A DNA stretch of 64,000 bases from Leucoraja erinacea (taxonomy: Eukaryota). The notes under the pieces were generated by a model. The model was not told where the DNA came from and ran no database searches. It saw only the letters and a list, made by a program, of their open reading frames with translations. Position numbers and translations under genes: made by a program. The stretch is taken from positions 620,001 to 684,000 of the forward strand of contig NC_073414.1 of assembly GCF_028641065.1 (NCBI RefSeq). The letters run 5' to 3'. The first letter of the stretch is position 1, and each line of letters starts with the position of its first letter. Below are positions 14,476-27,187 of this stretch, one piece after another.

Positions 14476-14819
14476 AAAAGGCTGGATTTTGCAGTGTAAA
14501 TAAATAGATGTAATCTGAAATTGCCCTTGGAGAGGACACAAAATAATGATGGGTATGTGTGATCGAAAACTGAAATAACCGATTATCTAAAATAGCCGAA
14601 TGCAGCACTGAGGCCAGAAGAGGGAATTGTCAGAAGAGGAGATGCTGTTCCCTGAGCTTGTGTTGAGCTGCTTTGAAACAGCTCGTGCTGGAAGCATAGT
14701 TGAGTACAGTGGGGAAATAAGAATGTACTCTGTGCTTAAAGAAGTGGACATTTTCTACACTGATCAGATTTGGTTTGGTGGAGCAGAGATTCTAATGTTT
14801 CAATCTTGTTTTCCTCCAG

Positions 14820-14905
14820 TTTGTACTCAGCTGCTAGTGTCCAGACCCGATGAAGAAAATATAAGCTCTTACTTGCAGCTCCTTGAGAAGTGCCTGGCAC
14901 ACGAG
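14820..14905 (+). CDS. SAMD4B: SAMD4B exon
   Basis: cctccag| ... GAG|gtgag; (V)[28 protein letters not shown]. Confidence 0.95.
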
Positions 14906-15904
14906 GTGAGTGTGGAGATCGCTGCGCTGTGGCAATGGTGTACATTCCTTTATTCTATTACACCAGCACAAATGATTCTTCTGAAACCAGGGTGAAAACA
15001 GCATTGATCCTATTTCTATTACCTTTTTCCCCATAATTGGGGTGTGAAGAGGGAGAAAGATACACCAGGTTTGCAGATTCTTCCAGTGCTTCCAAAATAG
15101 ATTGCAGCTAAGGAACCACCTTTTATAGTCAGGCTTCTTTGTTGCCTATTAGTGCACAGCATTAAAATTGCCATGTAATCTGTGGCTGATGTAATTGACA
15201 GAGGAATGTTGTCCAAGGACTTAGGCCAACATCATCTTTCATTGCACCAGTGGATGCAGCATTGGATAATGATCTGGTTAACAATGTTTAAAGCTGCCCA
15301 CAGTTGCTCTGGGAAATGCTTTCTGGGCAAGATGTACCGTGGCAGTTCCTCACATATTTTTGTCTTGCAGCCTTGAGAGGAGGGTGATGAATGTTCAAGA
15401 CTACTGTAAACTACTGTCCAGTTGTTTTACAGTAATGCGAATCACTGGTGCTCAAGTTTGCACCAATCTCCGCTTTGGAGAGCAGATATGGATGAATGCA
15501 TCATCGCAGAGTCTCTCAATTACCTTTCTGGGTTTCTGAAGTGTACCTGTAGTTATAATGCTCCCCTACTCAAAACTTCACTATGTTCAACAACAGGTGA
15601 TAGATTTTATATACATTTGAGATAAATTGAATTGAAACATAGAACAGCATAGGAACAGGTCCCCTGGTCCACCATATCTGTGCCAAACATGATACCGAGA
15701 TAAATGAATCTCTGCCTACACGTAATCCACATCCCTCTATTCTCTCCACATCATTGTGCTTCTTAAAGCCATCTAAAACCCTGTTAAACACCATTATTGT
15801 ATGAAATTGTCCTACATGTATTGATCTGTCCTACATGGTAGTTTGGTTCTTGCACAGACTATGCATTGCCGGGGCTCACAGTGTTTCCTCTTTGGTTTCT
15901 TCAG

Positions 15905-16020
15905 GCATTTACTGAAACACAGAAGAAAAGACTCTTCTCATGGAAGCAGCAGGTGTTTAAGCTGCTCAGGTCCTTTCCCAGAAAAGCCTTGTTGGAGATG
16001 CCAGGTGTTCGCCAGAGAAG
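15905..16020 (+). CDS. SAMD4B: SAMD4B exon
   Basis: tcttcag| ... AG|gtgag; [38 protein letters not shown]. Confidence 0.93.
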
Positions 16021-18828
16021 GTGAGATTCCATGCCACCTATGAAATCTGTGGCACTAAACTCAGAGTAATCTCAAATAATTTATAGCAAAATGGCATTTT
16101 TGCCCCAGAAAACTGCAGGTGAAGTCATCAAATATATTCAAGATGAAGATTGACAGACATTTGATTTCGACAAGACTTGGTGTTTTTGGGGATATGAAAG
16201 GAAAGTGAGGTCAAGATTGCTGAATGTCGGAACAAGCTCGATGGGCCGACTGGCCTCCTGCTAGTTCTAGTGCTAGTGTGACACTGGAGTTTTATACTTT
16301 CCATGACCGACCTGGGTAGTGTGGATGTTGAGAGGATGTTTCCAGTTGTGGAAGAGTCTTGGACCAGAAGGCACAGCCTCAGAATAAAGTGTGTACCTTT
16401 AGGAAGGAGATGACGGGGAATTTCTTTAGCCAGGAAACAGATTGGCCATGATCAAATGGCCTAATTCTACTCCTTGTACCTTTGCTCTGTATTTCTGCAG
16501 GTTTACTGTACAATGGGCAGGTTTTCAACGTCTGTGCTGCATCCTCTTGTCTCTCCCTCTGCTCACCTTGGATAACTAAGCAGTGTTGACCGATGGATGT
16601 AGGGATGGGAGTTGGTGCAAAAGGGGCTAGTGCAGTGAGAGCTGAAGCTCCGGCCGTTCTTCAATAACAAAATGTCTTGCATTTCCTGATCTGTAAGTGA
16701 ATGCAGGTCTTGTTTAGAAAATATCAGCAGACTGGTATGTGTCTGCAATGAGAGTCGGGCCAAATCAGAAAATAATAGTTTTTGAACATTCAAAAGTGAG
16801 GAAAAGGGTTAATGTAACCAGTTACTTGGTTAATGGTGGCGCACTTGGTTAGTGGTGGCACAACAGAGTTGCTGCCTATCAGCACTTGCAGTGCCAGAGA
16901 CCCGGGTATTATCGATTACACGTGCTGTCTGTACGGAGTTTGTATGTGCTCCCTGTGGCCACGTGTGTTTTCTCCGAGCTTGGTATGAATGTAAATTGTC
17001 CCTGGTGAGTGTGTAGAATGGTGTTAATGTGCGGGGTTCACTGGTTGGTGTCGACTCTGTGGGCTGAAGGTCCTGTTTCCGCGGTGTATCTCAAAACTAA
17101 ACTAATCAATTGGTCTGAAGAAGGGTTTCGACCCGCAACGTCACCCATCCCTTCTCTCCAGAGATGCTGCCTGTCCCACTGAGTAACTCCAGCTTTTTTG
17201 TGTCTATCTTTGGTTTCTGTAGTTCCTTCCCAAGCTAATTTAGTCATTCATCTGGAGCCCATATAATGTTCTGGCACAATGTTACATTTGAATAATATTT
17301 GTGATTTCAGAGATGGTAGAAGCAAACTAGATTAGTATCATAGAACAGTGTTAGGTTGAATCTGTGCCATCTGTCAGGCTTTGTCTAAGAAATCCAGGCA
17401 CACCCTAACTATGCAATACCTGATTGTTGAATTTAATGAAGACTACAGTTTGTTACTATATATAGGATCGTTGATTGGCATTGAGAACAAAGAATGCATT
17501 CATTCAAATGATTTTTTTATGAGCAGAAGTGGGTTTCAATTACTACATTAAGCTCACTGCCATTCAATTTATTATAATTAAAATATAAGGATCTAGCACA
17601 ATTGTGCCAGACCTGTCTGTGTAGTTTTTATTTCTCTGAAAGGTTTCTGAACCAGAGGTTCAATCATGTGTGGAAGTAGAATGCCTCGTGTGTCGCTATC
17701 AAGACCAGCTTTAAATGATAGCCACCAGGAGTATGTGTAAGGAAGGAACTGCAGATGCTGGTTTAAATCGAAGATAGACACAAAATGGTGGAGTAACTCA
17801 GCAGGACAGGCAGCATCTCTGGAGAGAAGGAATGTGACGTTTTGGGTCCCGATCCTTCTTCAGGCTGATATGTGAGATGCATCGGCAAGCTCGGTCGGTC
17901 AGGATTCTCTGCTTTACATTTTTAAAGGAGCCAACTGCATGGAAGAAATAAGGAATTGCAAATGCTGGTTTACATAAAATACAAAGTGCTGGAGTAACTC
18001 AGGTGGTCGGGCAGCACCCCTGGAGAACATGGATGGGTATCGTTACTGGTTGGGACCATTCTGAAGAAGGGTCCTGACCTGAAGCATCACCAATTTCATG
18101 TTCTCCATGATTGCTGCCAGACCCCCTGAGTTACTCCAGCTTTCTCTTTGTACAAATGCATGGACGATTGTCTTTCTAACCCTGAGTAATGCAGGTTTTA
18201 CTTGTTTATTAAAACAAACAGCACTGCAAAAGTATTTTTTATTCCTTTGCTTCTGTTGCATTTCAGTGATTGAATTGTTCCAAAGTTCCAACATGCCTTT
18301 TCAGTGCATTATGTAGGAAAACTTTCATTTGTATAGCACCTGTCTTTACCATGGTATCACGGAGTCATACAGCACAGAGACGGACCCTTTGGCCTAATTC
18401 TTTCATGCTGACCAAATTGCCCAATCTAAGGTCGTGCCATTTGGCCCATATCCCTCTAAACCGTTCCTATCCATGTACTTGTTCAATCGTGTTTTAAATG
18501 CTATAATAGTTACTGCCTCTACTGCATCCTCTGGCAGCTCGTTTCATATACCCACCACCCATGAGTAAGAAAAGTTGCTACTTCAGTTTGTGTTTAATCT
18601 TGTCCCTCACAAACATCTGCCCTCTTGTTCTTGAAAACAAGATATCTCTATTAAGCTCAGAAAATGTGCCCCTGTTGCCTGGGGAACAGTCAACAGCTTT
18701 CAGTCATATGGACCTGATATATTTTGGCTTTGACACTGCCACTCATTCTTGTTTACATAATCAATAAAGCATTGTCAGTCATTGAGCTCACGAGATTGTA
18801 TTCAGAAACGTGTTGTGTTTTCTTCCAG

Positions 18829-19030
18829 CTGGGGTTTTGGTCAGTCCAGTTCCCTTCCCACAGCCGGTTCTGTGGTTGGTGGCCTGAGCCGACGAGGCCA
18901 GCGGCCGTTCCAGGTACCTCCCCGAGGTCTCTCGGCAACCCGCATGGGTCTGATGGGCACGTCGGCTGCTAATCTGGGTGGCGTTTCTCCACGCCATACA
19001 CTTAACCCACTGGCAAGCCAAGGCAGGCAG
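18829..19030 (+). CDS. SAMD4B: SAMD4B exon
   Basis: cttccag| ... CAG|gttag; [15 protein letters not shown]...[18 protein letters not shown]; phase consistent. Confidence 0.92.
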
Positions 19031-19902
19031 GTTAGTACACCTTCCCCAGAGAGTGGGGTGTAAACACAGTCAGTGTGTAAGGTTTGATTTTTGTGATATA
19101 GTTAGTCTCAGACAGAAGGTTGGACCATTCAACAGCCTCATCTCCTGTATCCCAAATGTCCATCCAGGCTGGGCTGATGGTGGAATAATTGTTATTGTTG
19201 TAGCTATTGGGATCTTCTGTGTAATGAATGTGGGCATTTTCTGATCAGCTTTAATGATCATGGGCCCAGAGTGGTAATGATCCCAAGCCCACTGGCAGTG
19301 AACTGCTATGTGGGTGGGTGGGTGGTCTGAGACTTGGCATGCCTCACCGTTCATTGTGTCATTCCATCTCTTTTACTGCCTCTGTTGCACTGAATGGAGT
19401 GTTGGTATACTTTTTTCTTCAGCCCATCATTCAAATTAGTGGTAATTCCTAAAGTGCAAAGGTGTTGTATGTGCACCTGGATCCTCTGACAATGATTCGG
19501 TGTAAGTTGTACCAAACAGTGCTTGGTTGTAGCTGACTAGAGCATCTGTTATTGTGGTCTGACTGAAGTAATAAATGACCTTGGCTAATTCATCCATTCG
19601 GGGCTGTGCAATATATCTCTGAAATCTCTTGGGATCCACACACCTGTCCCTCCCCTGTTGGTTCTTCCACTAGCATCCATTATTTAGTATTGCACTGAGT
19701 TTGAATGAAGAGTCTGAAAGCTGGATGTGTCCGTAGACAACAAGGACTCCCAGTCTGCGGGTTGTATGTTCCAGCATTGTGGAAGCTGTGACAACTAAGT
19801 GCTCTTTCATTAAAACCGTTGCTCTGTGTGAGTGTTGAAACAGGAGAAAGCAGATGGATGTTGGGTAGTGTGTTCGATAACATGCCTTCTCTATTCCCAC
19901 AG

Positions 19903-20029
19903 AACTTATGGTTTGCCAACCCCGGTGGCAGTAACAGCATGCCGAGTCAAAGCCGCAGCTCTGTACAACGGACATACTCTCTACCTGTGCACACCTCCCC
20001 TCAAGCCATCCTGATGTTCCAGCAGTCGG
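19903..20029 (+). CDS. SAMD4B: SAMD4B exon
   Basis: cccacag| ... G|gtatg; [42 protein letters not shown]. Confidence 0.94.
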
Positions 20030-21964
20030 GTATGTAGTCTTTCAACTTCCCGTAACTCCCGTTGTGCAATAGTGTTTCCTGAAACAGAAACCATGTGCTG
20101 GGAAAGATCAGCAAGTCGGGTGGAGAAACTATCAATGTTCCGAGTCTCTGATCTTTGTCGGAACTGGCAAATTAAAATGCTAACACAAGGAACTACCGAT
20201 GTTGGTTTACAAAATAGAAACTGCTAGAGCCAATTAACCTACAACCCTGCACTTTGGGATGAGAGAGGAAACGGGAGCACCCGGAGAAAGCCCATGAGGT
20301 TACAGGGAGAACGTACAAACTACACAGATAAAACCAGTAGTCTGGATGGAACATGGGTCTCTGGTGCTGTGAGGCAGCAACTCTACCAGTACACCACTGT
20401 GGTGCTGCCTGACCTGCTGAGTTACTACAGCACTTTATGTGGAATTAAAATGCTTGGTCTAGGAGCAATAAAAGCATATTCAATATTTCTACATCATTTG
20501 AGCATTAAGTCTAAGTTAAACAGAAAAGCTTTTATTTTGCAACCTGGCAGAGAGTGAGGGGTGGGGGAAGGAGACCAGATGCTGGGAATCTATCTAATGC
20601 AGATATTCAGCTTGTAAGGCAGCATCTGTGGAGAGGGAGGCTGATCAATGACCTCCAATGTTGGCTATCAGCAAACCTCCAGCAACTTTATCATCAGATT
20701 TAATGATTTAGCAAATAAAAAGTCGCCTACAGTTCTGTACCACATAGTGAAAAGCAACATCTCTGGAGAAGGGTCTCGACCCGAAACGTCACCTAATCCC
20801 TTTTCTCCAAAGATGCTTCCTGACCCGCTGAGTTACTCCAGTATTTTGTGTGTATCCCGTTGATGACTGATGCTCGGCTTTAGCCGGCACTGAGGGGGAT
20901 AACCGACAGCCACTGGATAAGGCGAGAGGCACAGCTGACGATTCCTCGGGAGTTGGAGCAGAGTTGAGCTGAAGTTAGCATTTCTTCTCTACGCTGGCAG
21001 TAAGCCTGGGGGGTCGCCACTGCCGGGTCCAGTGTCCCGTCAGTCCAGGGTCACCCCAGACATCTCCAGCCGCCCCCGGACAGGGATGTGACACTCGGGA
21101 GGGGGACGGTCCAGTGGCAATTCAACCGCGCTTGCAGCGCCGGAGACCCGAGTTTGATCCTGAGTACGGATGAAATGCAGGTTTGTATACATGCAGCAGC
21201 TTAACAACTGAGAATGTTTATCTCCAGTGACCTATGACCTGGGCATGCACAGTCGGAATACTGAACTCGCTTATTCCGAGAGATGCTGACAAGATAGATG
21301 CTAAGTTGTACCTTTCTTCTCTCCAGAGATGCTGCCTGTCCAGCTGGGTTACTCCAGCATTTTGTGTCTATCTTCAGGGTAAACCAGTATCTGCAGTTTC
21401 TTCCTACACAGATGCTAAGTTCTATTTTCTTGGAAAGTACCAAACTGAATAGTGTTGTCTTGCAAGTTAAAGTGAGGATTAGAAGAAATGTGTTCCAGGA
21501 TTGTGAATCTTTGGAGCTCTACATCCCAAAGTGGTGGGAATGCCCAGTTGCAGAGTACATATTTGAAAGATGCCTTTGGGTACTGGGAGAATCTGGTCCT
21601 GATGTGGCATTGAGAGATATGAAGGATCTTGTAGACTACTTCCATTACCATGTCATGAACTGCCTTCTGCATTAGTCTAATTCCCAAGAGATCTTGAGCC
21701 TTACTCTTGGAGAGCATTTAGTGGGGTGGGAGTTGGGGAAAGGAAAATCAGTCGGGGTCACCAAGCTGATCATTTGTCCATGGTGTTCCTTGCACAGTCA
21801 GGTCCTTTCTCAGTGTTCCAGGTGGGTGAGCTGTCTCCCAGAAGGTCTGGCCCCTAATAGCCAGGGAACAAATGCCAGGGTAACCAGCCCAAAGGAACAG
21901 AGAAGCACATGTGGTTTTAGTATCTGGCATTTTGTTTACCAGAGGCTTTGTGCTGTTTTACCAG

Positions 21965-22048
21965 AATGTCAAGTGCCAGTGACAGAACCAGAGATTAACA
22001 CAAGACTGGAGTCTCTCTGCCTCAGTATGACGGAGCATGCCTTAGGAG
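21965..22048 (+). CDS. SAMD4B: SAMD4B penultimate coding exon
   Basis: ttaccag| ... G|gtaag; (E)[27 protein letters not shown]. Confidence 0.94.
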
Positions 22049-22463
22049 GTAAGTCTCTTTCAACACCATCCCTCATTCAATCGTAAGGACCAAGTGGAAA
22101 ATACCACAGTAGGGAGGGTTCTTCTTCAAGATAAATTGATTCAACCTTTGCCATTGAGCTCTTAACTCATGGTTATGAATGTGAATAATGAAGTGGTTTT
22201 ATATAATATTTATGATATGTTCATTGATACCCAAAGTCTATAAATGACTGAAATCTAGATTAAATGCTGGACTAAGGCTAAAAGTTGTATGAGGGAAGAT
22301 TTATGCTGACTGAGAATTAAGGATGGATTGTAAGGAGTGTCGTAGATCTCTGTGGGAATTTGAAGACAGTCTGTTATAATACAACATGAACAGTAAATAT
22401 GTAGCCTGGCTTGCTTGCATTTAGTGGAACAACAACTAAAGTCATTTCCTTTAATTTCAACAG

Positions 22464-22492
22464 ATGGAGTGGACAAGACGTCAACTATTTAG
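22464..22492 (+). CDS. SAMD4B: SAMD4B last coding exon
   Basis: tcaacag|; (D)GVDKTSTI then TAG at 22490-22492, the typical SAMD4 C-terminus. Confidence 0.93.
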
Positions 22493-25400
22493 TGTGCAGT
22501 ACTTGGCTTGTGAACACTTAGAGAGACTGACGTTACACAACAGCTGCGGGCGGACAACGCCACTGATGTTTGAGGGGCTCACTACATCTTACAATGTATA
22601 TTTTCGCTGACCTTTATTTAACCTCGGGGGAATCAGACTGATACCCAAACTACCTTCGGTCTGTTTTCCATTATATTTTTTATTTTAACTTTTTTTCAGT
22701 ACCCATCTGGTTAAAGGTTCAGCACCGGTACAAAAATCATTTAGCTCAACTTAATTTAAAAGAAAACTGGGAACTAACATGAAATTAGTGATTGACAGTG
22801 CGATGTGCTGAGCAGTGCTCATGACAAAGAGGAGAGACGGGAACTCTTGGGCGGATGTTACAATGGTCTTAACAGAAACCTGCACGTGTCGATTACTGTG
22901 TGCTCATGTAGGTCTGGCACCAATGCATGCAGTACTTGGCAGTCGTGCAGCTCTGGTGTTTACCTGTCTATCACTAATTTAAACTAAAATCTCTGGTCAA
23001 GTGATGAAAACAAGTTAACCATTTAAGAAAGTTTAAACTATATAAGAGATGTTCTGTTCTGAAGCACGCATTACTCGATAAAACACAATGGTTGCATTAG
23101 CAAAACTGCTCCAGCATTTTCATTTGAGGAGCTGCAAAGAAGAATGGAAAATTAACTGACATTTTTCTGAGGTTATCTCTGTTTGTGCTTGTAATGATGG
23201 CAAAATACATCTAGACAGCTCCAAATTAGCACTGTTTGGACTGGGTTTACTCTTGTGCTTTGTGCTTGATATATGTTTGCCCAATTTCTACATTGTGGAT
23301 CTATAACAGGAGGCTAGTGTTTCCACTTCTTCCCATCTGTACAGTCTCTCCGTGATGCTTCCCCAGCCGGCCCCTCACAATCTAGCCGATGACTGGGATT
23401 CTGAAGAAGGCGTTGACTCTTCTACCGTTGATGGTGGTTTAGAGCTCACCTACGTTTAGTTTGCTTTGGAACTTCATGAAGGTTATCTTAATCGTTTGGA
23501 AAAGGCTGGCTGATTGGTTGGAACGCTGTGCATGAATGGAAAGCCTGGGGTACCAAGAGATGGAAGCTCTGGTTGTCATCTGGTCAATTGGTCAAGTTTT
23601 AAACAGCAACATTGAGCATTGATAAAGAGTTTAAAGACTGTCTTGGAACTAACCCTTCAGTAGTTGAACTAGCTGAAGGTTTTTGTCAATGACTAATAAG
23701 AAGACCGTTGCAATCTGTTTAAAGCCTAAACCAGGGCGATACATCTTCTCCCCCCCCCCCCCCCCCCCCCCCCCCCCCTTCACTGCTCCTCACTGTAGTC
23801 TTCTTCCTCATTGCACAAGACTGTGAGACCAAGAGTAGAATATCATTACTTCCCTGAACTCGTGCTCCAGTAGCAGAAGAGCAGAAAGTTATCGCAGCGC
23901 CCAGCTGAGCGTCTTGGTCCATAGTTCCCTGCTGCATCCAGTGCTGGGAACAGTCTGTATTGAACATCCGTTTAGAACAATGATGCCTGATTTTGGAGCT
24001 GCCAGACCAGGTTTTAGGCTAGGTAAGCCAATGCAAATGCTGGCTTATTGAACTGTGACATGGCAGGAGAGACCAATAGCTCCACTCTGGCACCCAGCAA
24101 GAGGCCTTGGGAGAGAGACAGACAAAGAGAGTGCATTCACCAAAGTATTAAAAAACTGACAATTTCTACTCTCCGTGTTTACTGCCTAGATGCAGAACAA
24201 TTTTGTAGTCAAGCGGGACATGGCTATTTCATATTTACAAGCGTCGTTCCTTTTTGGTGCCTTTCTTGCTTGATGTGAGATATTTCAACCTGACTAATGG
24301 GGACTGGGCTAGTTTTGGCAGTGGCTGTCCAGCTGTTATCCAGAGGCACAGTATCTCCCCTCATTGAAGCCAATGCAACATCAGTACCAATAGCAAACTA
24401 CCCAAGCGTTCTTTTGTAATGACGGTGCTTTCAGAACACGATATTTCTTTGAAATAATGTAAGGAAAGATAACTTTTTTTTGTTGTTGAAAAATTTAACA
24501 GAGCAAGATTATGGGGAGTCGTGTATTTGTAACTCCCGGTTGCTTAGTTACATTTAAGAGTTCATGGGTCATAATTTTCTAGCATGAGGCACAGAATGGG
24601 GGAGGGGGGGGAATGTGTATGTTCAAAGAAAAATGGTTTCATGTATATAGTAAATGTATGTATGGAAAAGTGAGAATAATTCTTGAAAGGGTTTCAGTGC
24701 TACAAGGGCCTGTTTATATGAATCACATTTTTTGCCTGGAGTCTTGTGGCTTCAGTAAAGGACTTTTATGTGTTTACATTTTAAGAGGGGGCATGCATAA
24801 CACGGGCACGACTTTAAATGACTTTGGCTTTCAATGGTCCTGTCACACTGGTCAACAGAATCGTTCCAGATTTCTACCTGTGGTGAGATTGCTCTCAAGC
24901 TGTCGTCTTGACGAGGCGTTTACAAGGGTAGGGGTGGTCACCTCCATGATGGGACCCTTGTTAACGAGATGATCAGTGACATACGTGTCAAGGGGGAGAG
25001 ATGTGCGTGTGTCCCTGCTGGTGGACATTCACTTTTCTTAAGAAAAAGGCTGCTGTGGGATTGGAAAACCACAATTCTATTTCTGTCTCTTTCTCAAATA
25101 ATCTCAACTAATGCACTGGAATGAGAGGCTACATCATCCTCACACTCTCCCTTTCCAACTTCTTGCTCTCGCTTTTGCAAAATGATTTGCTTTCTTGACT
25201 TCCAAAATGAGCACTGGCAGAGATTTGTGACTCTCCCTTAAAATATTGAAAATAAATTAACTTTGTACAGAAGAGAATTCTGCGTAGTGTGAAGAATCCA
25301 TGTTGGCTTTGTCCACTCGCCTCTCTCCCAGTACTAGGCTGCAGGAATTGTGCTCTTGATAATGTTTATACAACTAATGCATTGGGCACATTTTAAAATG

Positions 25401-27158
25401 GGGATGGATGACGGAGAGTTTGAGAGAGTTGGGCTCTTACACTAGTCGAGGCGCATTGCATAGATGCTCCTTGTCTTTTCACTTCCGTGTAGACTTTGAG
25501 GTACATTCAAAGGCTCCTTTCTTGTCGGTCCAAGATACACCAGACATTGGGCTTCCCTCTGAAGAATACAAGGCTCAGTTTTCCCACTTCATTAGCTACC
25601 TTGTCATTCAGTGACAGTGAGACCCATGCTGTGTGTTTTTGTCATGATTCTCTGACCAGTGCTGCGGTGGGAGAGGCTTGCTTCATGACAAAGGTTTCCC
25701 ACTGTGTTTGTGCTACCTCCACTAATGATAGTTGGGTACTGAAGTCACTTTGTTGCATAGTTTGGTACTGGGATAGCTGTAATGCCATGCCTACGCCTGG
25801 CTATCTTTAAATGGGCAATTTAATAAATCTGTACATTTTGGGCTGAATCGGTGATTTGGTGAAGATTTCTGTTACTGTGTGGTTGGAAATTTAGCTGGTT
25901 CCTGTGAGAGTGTCCAGTATAAACCCGTGCAAGGCCGTCACTGTTCGGATAGCTTTATTTTATCCTCTCCTCCTTACTCATCCTATGCCACTGCCCCTAC
26001 ACTGTAACCTGCCACAACAGTGATGCTATCTGGAACAGCACCTGGACTCCCAATATTCACCCTGTCTGAACTCTAATCCAATTCTGTCTCCTACATCACT
26101 CATCCCAGAATCAAGTTACAGACCTGCTGCTAATCCCAGGTTCATCAATTGTGTGGTCTGTTCCAACAGACTGGTCCACTGCCCTTGCTCGGCCTGACTT
26201 GTGTCCAGCCTCGTTCCACAGTTGGTCACAGGGCTGCACGATCCTCAGCTGAGTTTCAAGACGAGGACAGATGCCCCATCCTTCCCACTCCCGATTAAAA
26301 TACTTGTTGATCAATGTTTTGATCAGTGGCAGGACTGTTCTCAATGCAGGCTGTGGGGTTAGTACCATTTGGGGTTCCTCTGTCCAGGCTGCTTTTGAAA
26401 GATATGAAAGTGCCAGGGTTGGTGATTAGTGGGTTTTGTTACCTGACCCAGGTGACAGCTTAACACTGCAGTGCCCTCTCTAATGAGGTGCTACCAATGG
26501 CTAATGTGCCTCAAGTTATTTTTATTTAGCACCTATCTTTTTTAAAGTTGGAGTCTGATGAAAGATGGGCGCTCCTATCTTGAGAATTCCATTTTTCGGT
26601 CATTGAGGGTCACTGAGAGGTCCTGTAGCTGTCTGTTAAATTAGAATTAACCCATCACCATGCTAGATTCAATGCAGTCTGGGACAATCTGTACCACTGC
26701 TGTTGCTTGTGTATTGCTGGCCCCGTCCCAGCCACATTGACCAGCCAGTCCTATGTTAAGGAATCTCCCCTTCTCCCACCCCACACTCAAAGCAAAATAA
26801 GGAATAGCTTTATCAATAACCCACATTACCACCTCGTGTGTACTGGTGAGGTTGGGACATTTTTCTTGGGTATCTACAGCTGATGAGGATGCTACCATGG
26901 CAACAGTATCCTGTTTTTGTGTAACATAAAATTGGAGGCGAGAGTTGGGTGTAAAGGGGCAGGCCCCCCTTGTGCTTTAGTCCTGTTGATACATCTGTAC
27001 AGCATGTGTGTAACGTCCCTGTGCTTGGAGTGGACTGTAGATCAATGCCTGCATGCAGTTGTGGAACTTGTCAACTTCTGCAACTACTCCAGTCTGTCTC
27101 CATTTCATACTTTGTGAATCAACTATTTGTGGCAACATTTAGATCATTTAACTGATCC

Positions 27159-27187
27159 AATAAAAGACAATAAACTGCTAAAATAAA
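27159..27187 (+). terminator. Cluster of three AATAAA signals, candidate SAMD4B polyadenylation site
   Basis: AATAAA at 27159, 27169 and 27182, downstream of the SAMD4B stop within a repeat-free tract. Confidence 0.5.
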
